A stretch of 61,146 bases of DNA, counting the filler, from Hausera hauseri (Eukaryota), in assembly GCA_046269625.1 (NCBI GenBank). It is 9 parts of 9 records of this genome, joined end to end, with 100 filler letters (N's around TTAATTAATTAA, not from the genome) between each part and the next. Parts side by side here need not be neighbours in the genome. Positions count along the whole stretch, not along the records: positions 30,845 to 38,981 come from JBJURY010754319.1; positions 39,082 to 43,486 come from JBJURY010596889.1; positions 43,587 to 51,477 come from JBJURY010892065.1; 6 more parts are not named here. The stretch is one strand, 5' to 3'. Positions 30,845 to 43,804 of this stretch are shown here, one piece after another. Made by a program: the position numbers and the translations under genes. The notes below the pieces were generated by a model. That model made no database searches, had not been told where the DNA came from, and saw only the letters and a list, made by a program, of their open reading frames with translations. The first letter of the stretch is position 1; each line of letters starts with the position of its first letter.

Positions 30845-32250
30845 TATTCAAAATGCGCATATACCGGCAGTTCGAAATAGAATAAAGTATACAGAATCTT
30901 TAGAGCAAAAAGGATAGATAAAACAAGGGACGGCACTTGCAAAGGAGTGGATTACGACGTTGGAGGTACCATTGCGCCTAGAACGGTAGCTATAGAAGAT
31001 TATCAAATCCAATTGAAGGAATACGATGAATTATTTGACTCACAGACAAAATTAATGACAACGATGAGTGCGAATATAATAATGGCGAATGCGATACTGG
31101 AGAGTCAAAAATAACATGCCAGCTGACGTTACTGAAAGAAAAGAAATTTAACAAGACAGTAGGAAAAACAGCTGAGAAGGAAACAGCAACATATAAAGAA
31201 AGTACAAAGGAAGTTAAGATGACGGAAGTAGCTAAAATTGTATACTCGGAAAACTCAGAAGAAATGATGCGATTCAAAATCACTGGAGTAGTGAATAGGT
31301 GTAGTGAAGAAATGTCGAAAACTAACTATAAGGGTATTTTCTTATAATCAGAAGAAATACTTGGAGCAAAGACGAAAACAGATAAGAAAGGTATAAAGTT
31401 AACACAATATTTTGATAAGATTGATTTCCTAATAAACTATGTAAGAAAAGAGATTAGAGGTTTATACTGAGAGATTAATGAATGAATGTAAGCTAAATTA
31501 TGAAATAATACGAAATAAAATGGCCCTGATAATAACAAATCCAGATATGGTAGCGCCAGTAATGCCTTTTGGCGATGGAATTATTGGAAGAGTGATGGGT
31601 GAGGTATTAATAACTATAGAGTGCAAAAAGGCGGAAGAATCAATTAGACCAATGGAAGAATGATCAACGGAGTTCCACGTAGTTTATAACGCAGAACCAA
31701 GATGTGATGCCAGTGACAAGTATACTGTTAGACATCAATACGAAGCCCACGCTGTTATACAATTGTACTTTGAATATGTCACCAACGTTTAAAATAGACA
31801 ATGACAAATGGATCAGAATGCCAAAAAGAGAACCGGTATCTAAACAGGCGACATTAAGCTTGATTAATCTGCAATAGAATCAGAAATTTGAACCATTAAC
31901 AGGAATATCACAAAAAGGAATATATGCGCAACAGAATCTAGAAGATTATCGACGAATGTTGTTGTTTCCACAACAAAGACAACGAGTTATAACCGAACGA
32001 ACTAAGAGAGTAATGTGGGATGGAGAAGGATCACCACATTTGGAAAATTTGATGGGCAAGGATTACTTGAAAAAGGTAAAGTACGGCTTTCTAGCGATAT
32101 ATTTTATTATCAGCGCCATACGAACCGTATTCACCGCGCTTGGTGAGGCATATGGAATACATGCAGCAGTAGGCTGCTCATGGAAAATACTGATAGCAGT
32201 AATACATGCAGTATCAAGTTGCTTCCTGGCAAATCATGATGCCCAATGGA
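30845..32250 (+). pseudogene. Chuvirus/gB-like class III fusion glycoprotein (C-terminal part) of Ty3/Gypsy element A
   Basis: DGTCKGVDY, CEYNNGECDTG, ECKLNYEIIRNKMALIITNP..GRVMGEVLITIECK, MPVTSILL, GIYAQQNLEDYRRMLLFP. TM region YGFLAIYFIISAIRTVF then AYGIHAAVGCSWKILIAV. This pattern matches chuvirus-type glycoproteins. Confidence 0.8.
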
Positions 32251-32639
32251 AAAAGAAGATACTACATAAGAAAGATGGAAGAGATTTTCTGTATAGTATG
32301 CTGGATGAAAAAAGCATCAGATACGATAAGGTAAATACGAAATTAAAGAACAACCGCATAACTAGAATTAAGCAGTTAGCACTGAAGTCAAAAAAACAGA
32401 AGTACAAACAAAGGTTGATAACTGATTTACCCCAACTTAATCCAGTAGATGAATACGACGGAAAACTATATAACGAGCAACTATTGGTAAATCCATCAGC
32501 TCCCCGATACGTTATGCATGCAGGACTGTACCCTATGCATCAAGTACAGCAGATGAAACAAAGTTTTGACGAAAACGTGACACCTTATAAGCATAAACCT
32601 CCGTATAAAATTCGAGATAAGAACGGACGACAAACACCC

Positions 32640-35600
32640 ATAAGGCCAGAAATAGAATAGAGGTAAATGGATATCTGCTGACAGCCTTATTAGATACAGG
32701 ATCTACAACAACGATTATGGGAAGAAGCCAATTACAAAAGGAACATAGAGGAAAATTAAAGAAACCAACAACTACGTTAGTAAATATAGGAGCATTCGGC
32801 ACGGAAGAAGAAATTAAGATGGTCCTAGATGCAGAGATTAAGATCGGTAAACAAGTCCTCAAGCACACCATAAGAATAGCAGAGAATCTGACTAACGAAA
32901 TTTTAATTGGGTGCGATATATTAAACCAATTAGAAAATGTTTACATAGATGTGAGGACAGGCCAACTTAAAGACTTCATTGGAAATCAAAATGAAGGAAC
33001 AGTCGCATTAATCAAGGATATTATAATTCCATCACGTTCTGAGATAGTGGTGCCCGGAAAAATAGAAAGTTCTTTATTACCTGAAGTCGTTCACTTCGAA
33101 CCATATCCACAAGTTATGGAAAAGTACGAGATATTAGTTGTTCCTCATGCAGGTAGAAAAAGGAATGGAAAAATCCACTTAATAATTTGTAATATGGCAA
33201 ACAAAGAAAAGATTACGAAAGAATACTAGATTAGGAAAAGTAACGACTATAGAAGAAGTAATGGAAGATGTGGACAAAATAAAAAAAATGGTAGAGAAGC
33301 TAAAGAAACAGACAGAGACAAAGAAAGAATTAAGACTACCAATATTAACTGAAAGGAGAGACTACAAAAATACGAAATTTTAACAAAAGAAGAAAGGAAG
33401 ATGTTAATAAAATTGCTAGAAAGAAATAACAGTCAATTTACACAAAATGACTATAATTTGGAAACAATGAATATCATTCAACATACCATTAAGTTAAAGA
33501 AGGGACACGATAAACCCATAGAGAAAAGGCCATATCGATTGGCATATGACAAAAAGCAGGAAGCGCGAAAGATAATAAAAGAAATGAGAGAAAATAAGAT
33601 AATACGACCAAGTTGCTCCCCGTGGACAGCCCCAGTAATGATGGTCAAGAAAAAGGACGGGACTATGAGATTCTGCATAGATTATAGAGCACTGAACGAA
33701 ATAACGGAAACAGATACATATCCGTTACCACGAATCGACAAAATACTAGACAAGTTGCACGGATCAACAATATTTAGGACTATTGATTTACAGAAAGGCT
33801 ACTGGTAAGTAGAAGTGAAGGAAGAAGATAAACCAAAGACAGCTTTTTCGATATAAGAAGGATTATGGGAATTTAACAGAATGCCATTTGGATTAAAGAA
33901 TGGGCCGCCAACATTTCAGAGAGGGGCAGAACTCTTAGTATTAGATGCCCCGCATGCGATGGTATATATCGATGACTTAATAATATCACCCCCAAATTTT
34001 CAACGGCATCTAAATGATTTACAGGATCTCTCTGACAGATGCAAAATAATGGGCCTAAAGATAAATCCAAAGAAATGTTCATTTGCTCAGGCGGAAGTAG
34101 ATTTCCTTGCATATCTGGTTGATAAACATGATGTCAAACCTCAAAATAAACTTTTAGGAAAAATAAGAGACTTTCCAAAACCAGGTACAGTTAAAGGATT
34201 ACGTCGGTTATTAGGTCTGACGAACTACTATCGAAGATTCATAAAGGACTTCAGCAAAATTGCTAAACCTTTATATGAACTATTGCGGTAAGACCTAGAA
34301 AAAGTATTGTGGACAAACGAGTGCCAAAAAGCTTTTGAATATTTGAAGCATAAACTATTAACTTCTCCAATATTGATCTATCCTGATATGACCAAACCAT
34401 TTATATCAGCAACCGACGCAAGTGATTACGGAGTAGGGGCAGTATTATCACAAAAGGACGAAAAAGGAAAGAAACATCCAGTGGCCTATGCCTAAAAAAA
34501 CTCAATAAACATCAAAAAAATATGCCGTGACTGAAAAGGAACTATTGGCAGTAATATTCGCCTAGGAGGTATTCTCGTCATATATTAGCGAAAATAAACC
34601 TCTTTTAATCTATACCGATAATAGACCGCTCCAGTGGTTAAAACAACACTAGAATCCAAATAGTAGACTGCTACAATTGGCGTTAAAGTTACAGCCTTAT
34701 ACATTGAATTTCCAGTATAAACCGGGATCACGTAATGCAAATGCGGATTACTTATCCAGAATGCCCACAAAATCAGAAACAGACAAAGCAGTAGTGGTAG
34801 CAGTTTGGAGTATGGATGGATCAGCAGAGAAAATTATGGCTAACCAGAATGAAGACATGGAAATAAAAGCCATTAGAAAGTACATAAAGGACAAAACTGT
34901 ACCGACTGATAAAGAATTAGCCCGCCATGTGGCCCGATTCAGTGAAGCTTACGAAGAAAAAGAAGGATTTTCATACTTTATTCATCAGAACGGACCGGCC
35001 TTAGTTATTCCAAAGAAAAACAGAGCAGTTCTGTTAACCCAATACCATGGCGGATTGCTCGGGGACACCAATCAGCAAATAAGACAATTAATAAATTGAA
35101 ACGAAAATATTACTAGCCAACAATAACAAAAGACGTACAGGAATGGTGCGATAGTTGTAAATTATGAGCCACCAGAAAGAACATGAGATAAAAAATACAA
35201 AGACGCTCTCAAAGTATGGGACAACCCCCGGCACCATTTGAGTTCACCGCAATAGATATAACGGGACCATTACCGTTGACACGGAACGGAAATAGATACC
35301 TTTTAGTTTTTATCGACTATTACACTCGTTCTGTTGTCGCTCTACCGATGGCTGATATGAAAGCAGATACAATCGCTGAAAAATTTGTAGAAAACATAGT
35401 ATTCAACTATGGAGCTCCGAGAATCCTCATAACCGATCAAGCATCAAATTTAACAGGGACAGTAATGCAATTTATTTATGATATCTTGAAGACATGAAAA
35501 CTACGATCCACACCCGGACATCCTGAAAACAATGGGATGGTCGAGAAATATATTGGAGACTTAAAAGGAAAATTACAGATGGTGCTAAACACAAAGAGGA

Positions 35601-36060
35601 TGACTGGGATGAATACATCAACGCATATGTTTTTCTAAATCTAACATCGGTTCATGAGTCTACTAAAGAGACCCCTTTAATTTAATGTATTTCAAAGATG
35701 CAAGATTAACAATTGATTTAGATTTTAATGTGAAACCAACATCACATTTAATGGAGGTAGAGGAATACAAGCAATTAATGCAGGAACGCCTCCAATTAGC
35801 ATACAAAACAATTGGAAACAACCAAAAGGACTACAAATTAAAGTATAAAAAGTATTATTATTAAGACTAATCAGCCTAAAATGAAAATAGGTGACCAGGT
35901 GATGTTACCCTCGCCGTCAGTCAAAAAGGGTAGGACATCTAAGTTGGATAGACCATATAAATTAACTTATGAAGTAGAGAAAGTGGACCTACCGAATATC
36001 TGTTTGAAGAAAAATAATACTTCCCTTAAAGTCCACGTTAATAGATGCAAACCCGCTGCT
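32640..36060 (+). mobile_element. pol: Ty3/Gypsy pol of element A: protease, RT, RNase H, integrase (decayed)
   Basis: LLDTG (32693-32701); [24 protein letters not shown]; MPFGLKN; YIDD (33965-33976); ATDASDYGVGAVLSQ; NANADYLSR; AIDITGPLP; ITDQAS; NGMVE; GPY/F-like tail VHVNRCKP. The order PR-RT-RH-IN is diagnostic of Ty3/Gypsy. Confidence 0.96.
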
Positions 36061-36159
36061 AAGGAAAATGAATTAAGAAAAGGTGAAAGAGAGTTAGTAC
36101 AAAGCATTAGTGAGAAAGTAGTCAATGTAGACTCAACATGTAGACCTCGCCAGATAAAA

Positions 36160-37480
36160 CACGGTCTATTACTAATTATCATCATACTACTTCCGGGTGT
36201 TCTAGGACAGATATCTAACCAGGAAATCGAACAGGCAGAAATAAGACATGCAACGGCTATAAAAGAAGACCTGCTGATGAAAAATTTGCAGTATAGTATA
36301 ACATATTCAAGGAAAGGGCCAAAAAGTATGATCTGGAGTACTTCGATACAATTGCTCCCAGAATATTTGATAGGGATACAGGTGATACCCTGAGGCGATA
36401 ACAGAAGAGACCCAAATAAATGACAGTATGCCTGCCTAGTCCATCCATGGATCAATAAAACAATGTGTAATAGAAAACTCGGGAATTCACAATATATATT
36501 TCACTTTTATTAAGGAGAGGAGATTATGTTAGAAGTCAGTACACCAAACTTTATAAAACCATAAAAATTTCCACAAGACAGCAAATGAACGAAACATTAT
36601 TATATGAAATTATACTTAGCCAAGTGATTGCAAGATCAATGGGATTTAAAAGTGGAAGAAATTGTATTGAAATCATAACGATGATAGAGTTAGAATGCAT
36701 ACGATGGATAACCATAGTGATAAGAGAAACCATGACTCAGACGACGATAAAATGTAGAATTACGGATGAACAACAACGAGTTTGTTGTAATGTGACACGA
36801 GGAAAAATATACAGTGTTAACTATATCCTATCTCGAAAAGAATATTGACAATTATTAAATAGCTTAAAAAGCGAAGGACAAACAATGTATATACGCTATA
36901 AAAATTAACAAGAGTATGACGAAATACATAACGAAATACAAGAAAAGGTCACGACACTGGCTGTGCACTCTTCGGCTGACAGAAAGGAGATGATTATTTT
37001 AATTAAGCCATATGCTTCTTATTACCGTCAGAGACGCTCTATATCGGATAATGTAACATTCATGTCAGCCCCTATTGCACTAATCATTTCTACAAAACCA
37101 GATTTCGACTTCGTTAAAGTAAAATTTAGTTGTAAGAAACGGGATACAATAGTTGCAAAAGGTGTCGTAACTCCTGATGATCTGATTGTCCCATGTGCGG
37201 CTTTAAATCTTAATACAAGGTATACGGTCTTTTTACAGTTACTCGATGGTAATGATAAGATAACGTCCACTAAAGTAATATCAACGCTTAAAAAAGGAGA
37301 AAGGAACATAGAAGTACCATACGAAACAATAACCAGTAACAATAGAGTACGTTATATAAACACTCCCGCCTAGAGATAAGAATTATTGGTTCAATAGTTT
37401 CAGTAGTAGCTATAGTGACGGTGGTAATAGTGATCAAGGTAATACGAGTACTACGCAAGAGTAGACGGAGCTCGGTCTGA
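36160..37480 (+). pseudogene. Second putative type-I membrane protein of element A, downstream of integrase
   Basis: Signal-peptide-like HGLLLIIIILLPGVLG|Q in frame with the integrase tail; Cys-containing ectodomain; RQRR at 37026-37037; TM IIGSIVSVVAIVTVVIVI (37382-37435) followed by basic KVIRVLRKSRR. Frameshifted. Confidence 0.6.
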
Positions 37481-37886
37481 ATTAACCTGCGTGATCTAAC
37501 GAACCCGTTAGATATGACTAACCCCAGATGACAATTAATGAGAAGAACTGCAACTGGTGCAGTCCTGAAGTCAGAGATAACCACACGTCATCTGGTTAAC
37601 GCCCTCTATAACTTTTGTTTAAATAAAGTCACAACGATTACCAAAGTGGTTTATATGATAACCGTTGTGTTATATTTAAGTATTACGATTTTCCAACTAT
37701 TGACTATATTCTTTACAGTATCAGCCACCACCTTCCATCAGGTACAAACATTGGTACAGTAATGCCAAAAACCATGTCATTAACACCAACCCAACGATTC
37801 AATATTACGTCTCACATAACGATTATATGACCAGTCTTAATTATCCACAAACCCAATAAATCCCAAATAATTTAAAAGGCTATAGT

Positions 37887-38708
37887 ATGGCCAACCGTTC
37901 TCTTGCCCTCCTACAAATCACGAAAGCCACATCTTTCTTTTTGGCAGATATATTAATCTTACCAGAACGATTCCACTCAGTCAATTTTTATTGTATCCTG
38001 TGTCAATTTCAAACAAAGGCAACAAATATAAAGACATCTGTAGGAGATCTAATTAATTTGGATTTCGAACATGGTCTTACATTTGATCATTCGTTTCTAC
38101 AGAGTAACATTTTCAAAATTAGATCTAGTACGAATCGAGTGATCCTTGTCACTGAAGTGATTAAACACGAAAAATGCTTCAACTTACCTGAACTTGATTA
38201 TATCAAATATAAAAGTATACCTTTCCTCAGACTGGATAAGATAACAGATGATATGGTCATAGCGGCTGTCAATCTGGCCTATGACCAGTGGAATCAACTC
38301 CAGCATATTGAAGCATCGATCATGAATTTGCATGGTGACACTCTATTACATGGAATAATAACTCCCAGACAACAAATAAACAATTTTGATACACACATAA
38401 CCGGCCTCACAGAAGGGAACATTAACAACCAACTGGATCCAATAGATTTCTATCGAAAAGTAACTGAAATCATCACGGATAAAGTACTGATCGCAGCCGA
38501 CCTCATTGAAATGGTTGTGAACCATTTTAAATGCCCTATCAGGTGGATAGTCGGAGTTCGTGATATATTATATCACGAAGAGGTTATCCACAAGTACCAA
38601 TTATCGATAGGTATTTTCAAAGAGCTTGCACGCAAGTTTTATAAAACGAAAGGATTCTCTCTTCGCAGCACTGCTCTAGTACAATGCTATCAAGCTATCT
38701 ATAGGTAG
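37887..38708 (+). CDS. Unknown 273-aa ORF, probably accessory cargo of element A
   Basis: Long open frame co-oriented with pol. Coding-like sequence continues past the stop to about 38910. No motif recognised. Confidence 0.5.
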   Translation: MANRSLALLQITKATSFFLADILILPERFHSVNFYCILCQFQTKATNIKTSVGDLINLDFEHGLTFDHSFLQSNIFKIRSSTNRVILVTEVIKHEKCFNLPELDYIKYKSIPFLRLDKITDDMVIAAVNLAYDQWNQLQHIEASIMNLHGDTLLHGIITPRQQINNFDTHITGLTEGNINNQLDPIDFYRKVTEIITDKVLIAADLIEMVVNHFKCPIRWIVGVRDILYHEEVIHKYQLSIGIFKELARKFYKTKGFSLRSTALVQCYQAIYR

Positions 38709-39419
38709 ATTAAATGGACAGACGAATTAATAACTCAAAGTACGGCCTCCGACAGGGTGCGAACAGCACCAACCACATCACAGTGTGGTAGGATGAGAAA
38801 GCTCCAAGTTGAAGAAACAATTTTAGTGGACGATGAAATCTATGAACTAGAAGCCATGCGATACAGATCCTGTACTACTGACAAATTCATTCACATGCCC
38901 CTGTCTCTTAATAAATAAATTGAGACATTTTCTTCGATTCCCCTTCGACTGTGAATGTTGTGAAATTTTAAATACTTTAAANNNNNNNNNNNNNNNNNNN
39001 NNNNNNNNNNNNNNNNNNNNNNNNNTTAATTAATTAANNNNNNNNNNNNNNNNNNNNNNNNNNNNNNNNNNNNNNNNNNNNTAAATATTAAAAGTGTGAT
39101 TTGATTTTGGAATTTCTGAAAATTTGTTTCAAAATCAGTATTTTGAGATATAATAAAATTTTTCAACAACTGGTGTTAACTTTTCAATGATTAACTACAA
39201 ACGATCCAATTCTGCTTCTGCGGACGTACCAGAAGCGGGGATTTCCCAACCCTCCTCAAGCTAGGCGACGATGTGGACGGTGTGGATGCGCACTCAGCCA
39301 ACATGAATAAAGCAGTTTTGTCTCTCCAACATACTCAAGGATAAGGATGCAATTATTTCTCGTTCCTTCATAAATGAATTTTCGTAATCAGTAAATCATT
39401 TTTGTCCACTAGAGAAGTT

Positions 39420-40851
39420 TACCGAGATGGTTACTGCTATTCTAAGATGGTTTTCATCATGCCGTTCATCACACATTTCAACATCTAAGGAGCTTACCAT
39501 AGCTAAGGCTTATTCATTTGTAGAACAGCAATCCTTATAAATTACAGTTTCCTATTCCTGGATTCAACAATGGAAAATCGTCATAACATATCTGCCAAAG
39601 TGATTTGCAGTGAATGTGCATCTGCTACTCCTACAATTTTCAGTGATTGGAGTGAAAATATTCTTACATCCATAATGCGGAAATATTCCTCAAATGACAT
39701 TTTTAATTGTGACGAAACTGAACTATTCTGGAAGTTAGTCCCACAAAAGAGCTTGGCATTCAAACATGGTTCATGTCATTTTTTAAAGTATTCAAAATAA
39801 CGCCTATCAATCCTTGTTGGGGCAAGCTTCCAATTTTGGTTACTGCAAATCGGCTCATCCAAGAGCATTCCGAAATCAGATCATTCCTTTGGAATACACC
39901 ATCAATCGTAAAGCTTGGATGACCTCATCAATCTTTGAGGAAAACATACGAAAACTTGATCGTCAATTTGCACACCAAAAGCGAAAGTTTGCTATGGCGG
40001 TGGACAGTTGCCCTTCTAATCAAAATTTTTCGGGATCACAGGCGGTAAATTTAATCTTCCTACCTCCTAACACAAGATCACAAACGCAACCTCAAAGGGC
40101 TAATGAAAAAGATGATTTCAAAATCGATTTCAAACTTACACTTTTGGAATGCTTACACTGGCTTTATAAAAGTTAACAATCCGCTGTTTCGGTTGCCACG
40201 ATTATTAATGCTTTCAGAAGTTCTGGTTTTGTATAGTTTGTTGATAAAGACGTTGCCAGCATTGTACCAGAGGTGGGTGTTGTTTGACCCGAGGCAGATG
40301 GTGAAATGGGTAATATTTGTGACCGCTTACGACGTGCCTTGGAAATACCTAATGATTTAACTGTAATCGACTACATCAACATTGACAAAATGGTGGTAAC
40401 AACTAACTATCCTTAAGATGATGAAATTATACAATCTATTCAAGCCATAAATTCAGGTAGCAATGCTGATGACGATGAATTTGCTAAGATTGAAGAACTT
40501 GCGCCATTCTCAGCTGAGTCACTAGGTATCCTACAGAAATTCGGCTGATTCTTATGAAGTACTCCAAATTCGCACCTGATTTTCAGCATGTGGATGCCAT
40601 TAACCTATCCTCATTCACCATTGCCCTACAAATCCCCAAAACAGGTAACAATTGGTAAATTTTTAAACGTCAAGATGACTATAAATGACATTATTAGAGG
40701 GTTTGTTTTACGATTAGTATGCGTAATGTGTTTGTGTGTTACTTTGAATTAAATTTTGAACATTGCGTGATTGTTCTGAATATTATGAAAAACCGGTTAA
40801 TATGAATTTTTCATCTGGCAAAAGACACTTCATATTAACCGGACTAGACTG
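39420..40851 (+). mobile_element. pogo/Tigger-like transposon relic (DDE_1)
   Basis: DIFNCDETELFWK, NRKAWMTS, VDSCP, FLPPNT.SQTQP. The 3' end ...CATATTAACCGGACTAGACTG is followed by TA, with a subterminal inverted copy at about 40791-40806. Confidence 0.88.
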
Positions 40852-40853
40852 TA

Positions 40854-41495
40854 CTAACAAGTGATACTTAAGTACTGGGGTTTGTCTAATGAATAGTCAG
40901 AGAGACATGCAAAATATAATGCTGATTAATAATATGTAAAAATTTTTGCCGCGAGCGGCAAAATAACGCTTTTACATATAATAGCATTTCGCACTTGTTC
41001 AAATACATCCCACTGTGTTTAGGAATTTTGCATTTAGACAACATTTTCATTACTTTTCTCGAGCTAATGTTCTTTTAATATTCGATTTATCATGTTTCCT
41101 TGATGTTCTGCGAATTAAAAAAATATCCATCTAATATAGTCCGTGGTCAGTCATGTGCATAGTCAAAATTTATACACGACGGAATATGCTATTGTGAATT
41201 AAACCAATACATTTTAGATAGACAGAACATAAAGAAAACATTATAAATTGAATATTAGGAAAACAATAGAACGAGAAAAGGAACGAAAATTTTGTCAAGG
41301 TTCAAAATTCCTAAACATAGTGGGGAGATTTGAAAAAGTACGACGTGCTGTTACATTTAAAGGCTCGAAATGCGTTACTTTGATTTTCTCGGCAAAATGT
41401 TTTTCATATTATTAATCATCATTATATTTTGCATGTCTCTCTGATTATTTGTTATAAAAATGACCCATATTTACAGTAAAATCCCTCATTTATGG
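40854..41495. mobile_element. MITE-like long inverted-repeat element
   Basis: GAGAGACATGCAAAATATAATGCTGATTAATAATATG (about 40900) is inverted at about 41405-41441, with further nested inverted matches inside. A partial third arm lies at about 41570-41665. Confidence 0.8.
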
Positions 41496-42009
41496 TACTT
41501 GTACAATATTCCCCACCTTCACTGAATTATAAATTTTAACAAATTCCACAAAAGAAATGTTCAGCAATTTTCTCATATTATTAATCAGCATTATATTTTG
41601 TACGTCTTTCTGACTATTTGTTACAAAAATCGCAGATTTACAGTAAAATTCATCTCCTTGTAAGTTACATTAGTCGGGTAAAAACTATAAAATTAACATA
41701 GAAAATTCAAGATTTTACTAAGTGACCTTCAATGAAATTACAAATTGTTTACATTAGTAAACATGGATATTCCAGATTTCAAAAAATTATGGAATTGTTG
41801 GCATGCCTAAAAGTATTATTGCCTATGAAAACCAAGGTAAAGTGATTGTATGTATTTAATTAAATATGTTGAATCTTTTTGAAGAAAAAGTAACAATAAT
41901 TTCAACTGATGGATAAAGCATTGAAACTATCATTATTATCAAATGTAATGATCCAAACGTAATAAGAACCAACACATAATTCTTTATTAAAACACAAATC
42001 TCACTGTTT

Positions 42010-43062
42010 TTACAATTGTTTGAAATAATCTCCATCTGTTTGTATGCACTTTTTGGGCGATTTCGCCATTGTTCATAACACTTTTGACAGTCATTTGTAG
42101 GCAGTGTTTCATATACTGCGAAATTGCAGTTCCAAGTTGACTCCGACTCTAGCATCTGTTCCCGCGTAGGTGATCCTTTAATTGTTGGAATCAGCCAGAA
42201 ATCACAGACAGCCAAATCATGGCTGTAAGGTGGGTGCGGAATTATTTTGATGTTTTGTTCTCCTACAAACTCTAGCACAACACCAAACATATGGGCTGGA
42301 GCATTATCGTGGTGGAGGAGTAGAGGTGTGTTAGGATGATTGTTGTTAAACTGTTGTAGTTCATAAGGAATAACTGATTCACGATAGTACTTGCCAGTGA
42401 TTGTCCTTCCAACTGGTGTCGGAATTTGAGCACCAGGTCCCATGCCGTTGAAAAAAATGTAGTACAATATCCTGTGCCGAGTCTTCGCCCGCCTGGCCAT
42501 TTGAAGTGGATGATCGCCTTTAGCTATCCAGACCATGTTTTGTTGTTTTCTTTTGAGTTCAAATTAGTGCACCCAAGTTTCGTCACCCGTAGCCACTTTA
42601 AGAAATGTGGATTGACCCATCCTCTTAAACTGACTGAGGCGAGAACGACGTTTCAACACGTTCCACTTTTTGAGCTGGTGTCAATAAATGGGGTATCCAC
42701 CGTGAACAAACTTTTCTTAGATGTAGGTAATTTGTCATAATGGCCTGAACTCTTGCAAAACTAATGTTCTGCATGTTAGATATATCACGCATTGTTCGAA
42801 AAGGGTCACCATACATCAAGTCATGGATACAGGCAATGTTTTCATCAGTAGTGATTGTAACAGGACGTCATTCACGACGGTCATCTTCAAGGGATTGTCG
42901 GCCGTCTCTGAAACGCTTTGCCCACAAGGCAATTGTAGCATATGATGGTGCAGCTTCTACACTAATAGTACGCAAGCCATCATGAATTTTCCTGGAGCTG
43001 TCATTAAGCAACACTCTGCACCTGATGTAAGCTCTAATCTCAAGTTCTGTTAAAACCACCAT
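42010..43062 (-). mobile_element. mariner (D,D34D) transposase pseudogene
   Basis: WAKRFRDGRQSLEDD; WIPHLLT; ATGDETWVH; LLLHHDNAPAH; HPPYSHDLAVCDFWL. Frameshifted. Confidence 0.93.
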
Positions 43063-43212
43063 TTTTGAACAGTGCTAAAACTAAATATAAAAAAGAAACT
43101 GCAACAAATTAATAGAACATAAAGTAAACTTAGATAGCATATTGATAGAAAGGCAACAACATGATACAACTAAAACGTTTAAATCAAAAAATTTATTTTT
43201 ACACGATGCTTT

Positions 43213-43486
43213 ATTATTATGTGCGCAACTAAGTTCTCGCTGTTTTTTTTTTATGAAAATGCAACTTTATTGTGAAAAAATGGTTACAATTGAATCATTC
43301 AAAGTATTTCCCATCACTAGCTACAACTTTTTCCCATCTTTCTGGCAGAGCTCGAATACCGTTACGGTAAAAGTGTTCGTCTTTTGAGGCTATCCACAAA
43401 TCAAGCCATTTTTTGATGTCTTCATATGAGCGGAACTGCTGATCAGCCAGACCATGTGTCATCGAATGGAACAAGTAATAATCGGA
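43213..43486 (-). mobile_element. Mos1-like mariner 3' end with TIR (truncated by contig end)
   Basis: Open frame 43486-43295: SDYYLFHSMTHGLADQQFRSYEDIKKWLDLWIASKDEHFYRNGIRALPERWEKVVASDGKYFE*. TIR-like TATTATGTGCGCAACTAAGTTCTCGCTGTTT. Confidence 0.9.
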
Positions 43487-43804
43487 NNNNNNNNNNNNNN
43501 NNNNNNNNNNNNNNNNNNNNNNNNNNNNNNTTAATTAATTAANNNNNNNNNNNNNNNNNNNNNNNNNNNNNNNNNNNNNNNNNNNNTATGTGTGTATCAT
43601 TTTTTCTACCCCATGACTCATACGCGAACCAAAAATAATTTTCTTCCCCGGGAGGGAGGGGGGCTTGAAGCCATGTGCTCACATCTACCTATTTGGGTAG
43701 TGTACATAAACCCAACTTCCTTCCAGATCGTGCGGTTTTGCTTTTTTGTCGTACTGCTTTTTAAATCGTTCTTGATATTCTCGGGATAACTCTTTAGCAA
43801 CTTC

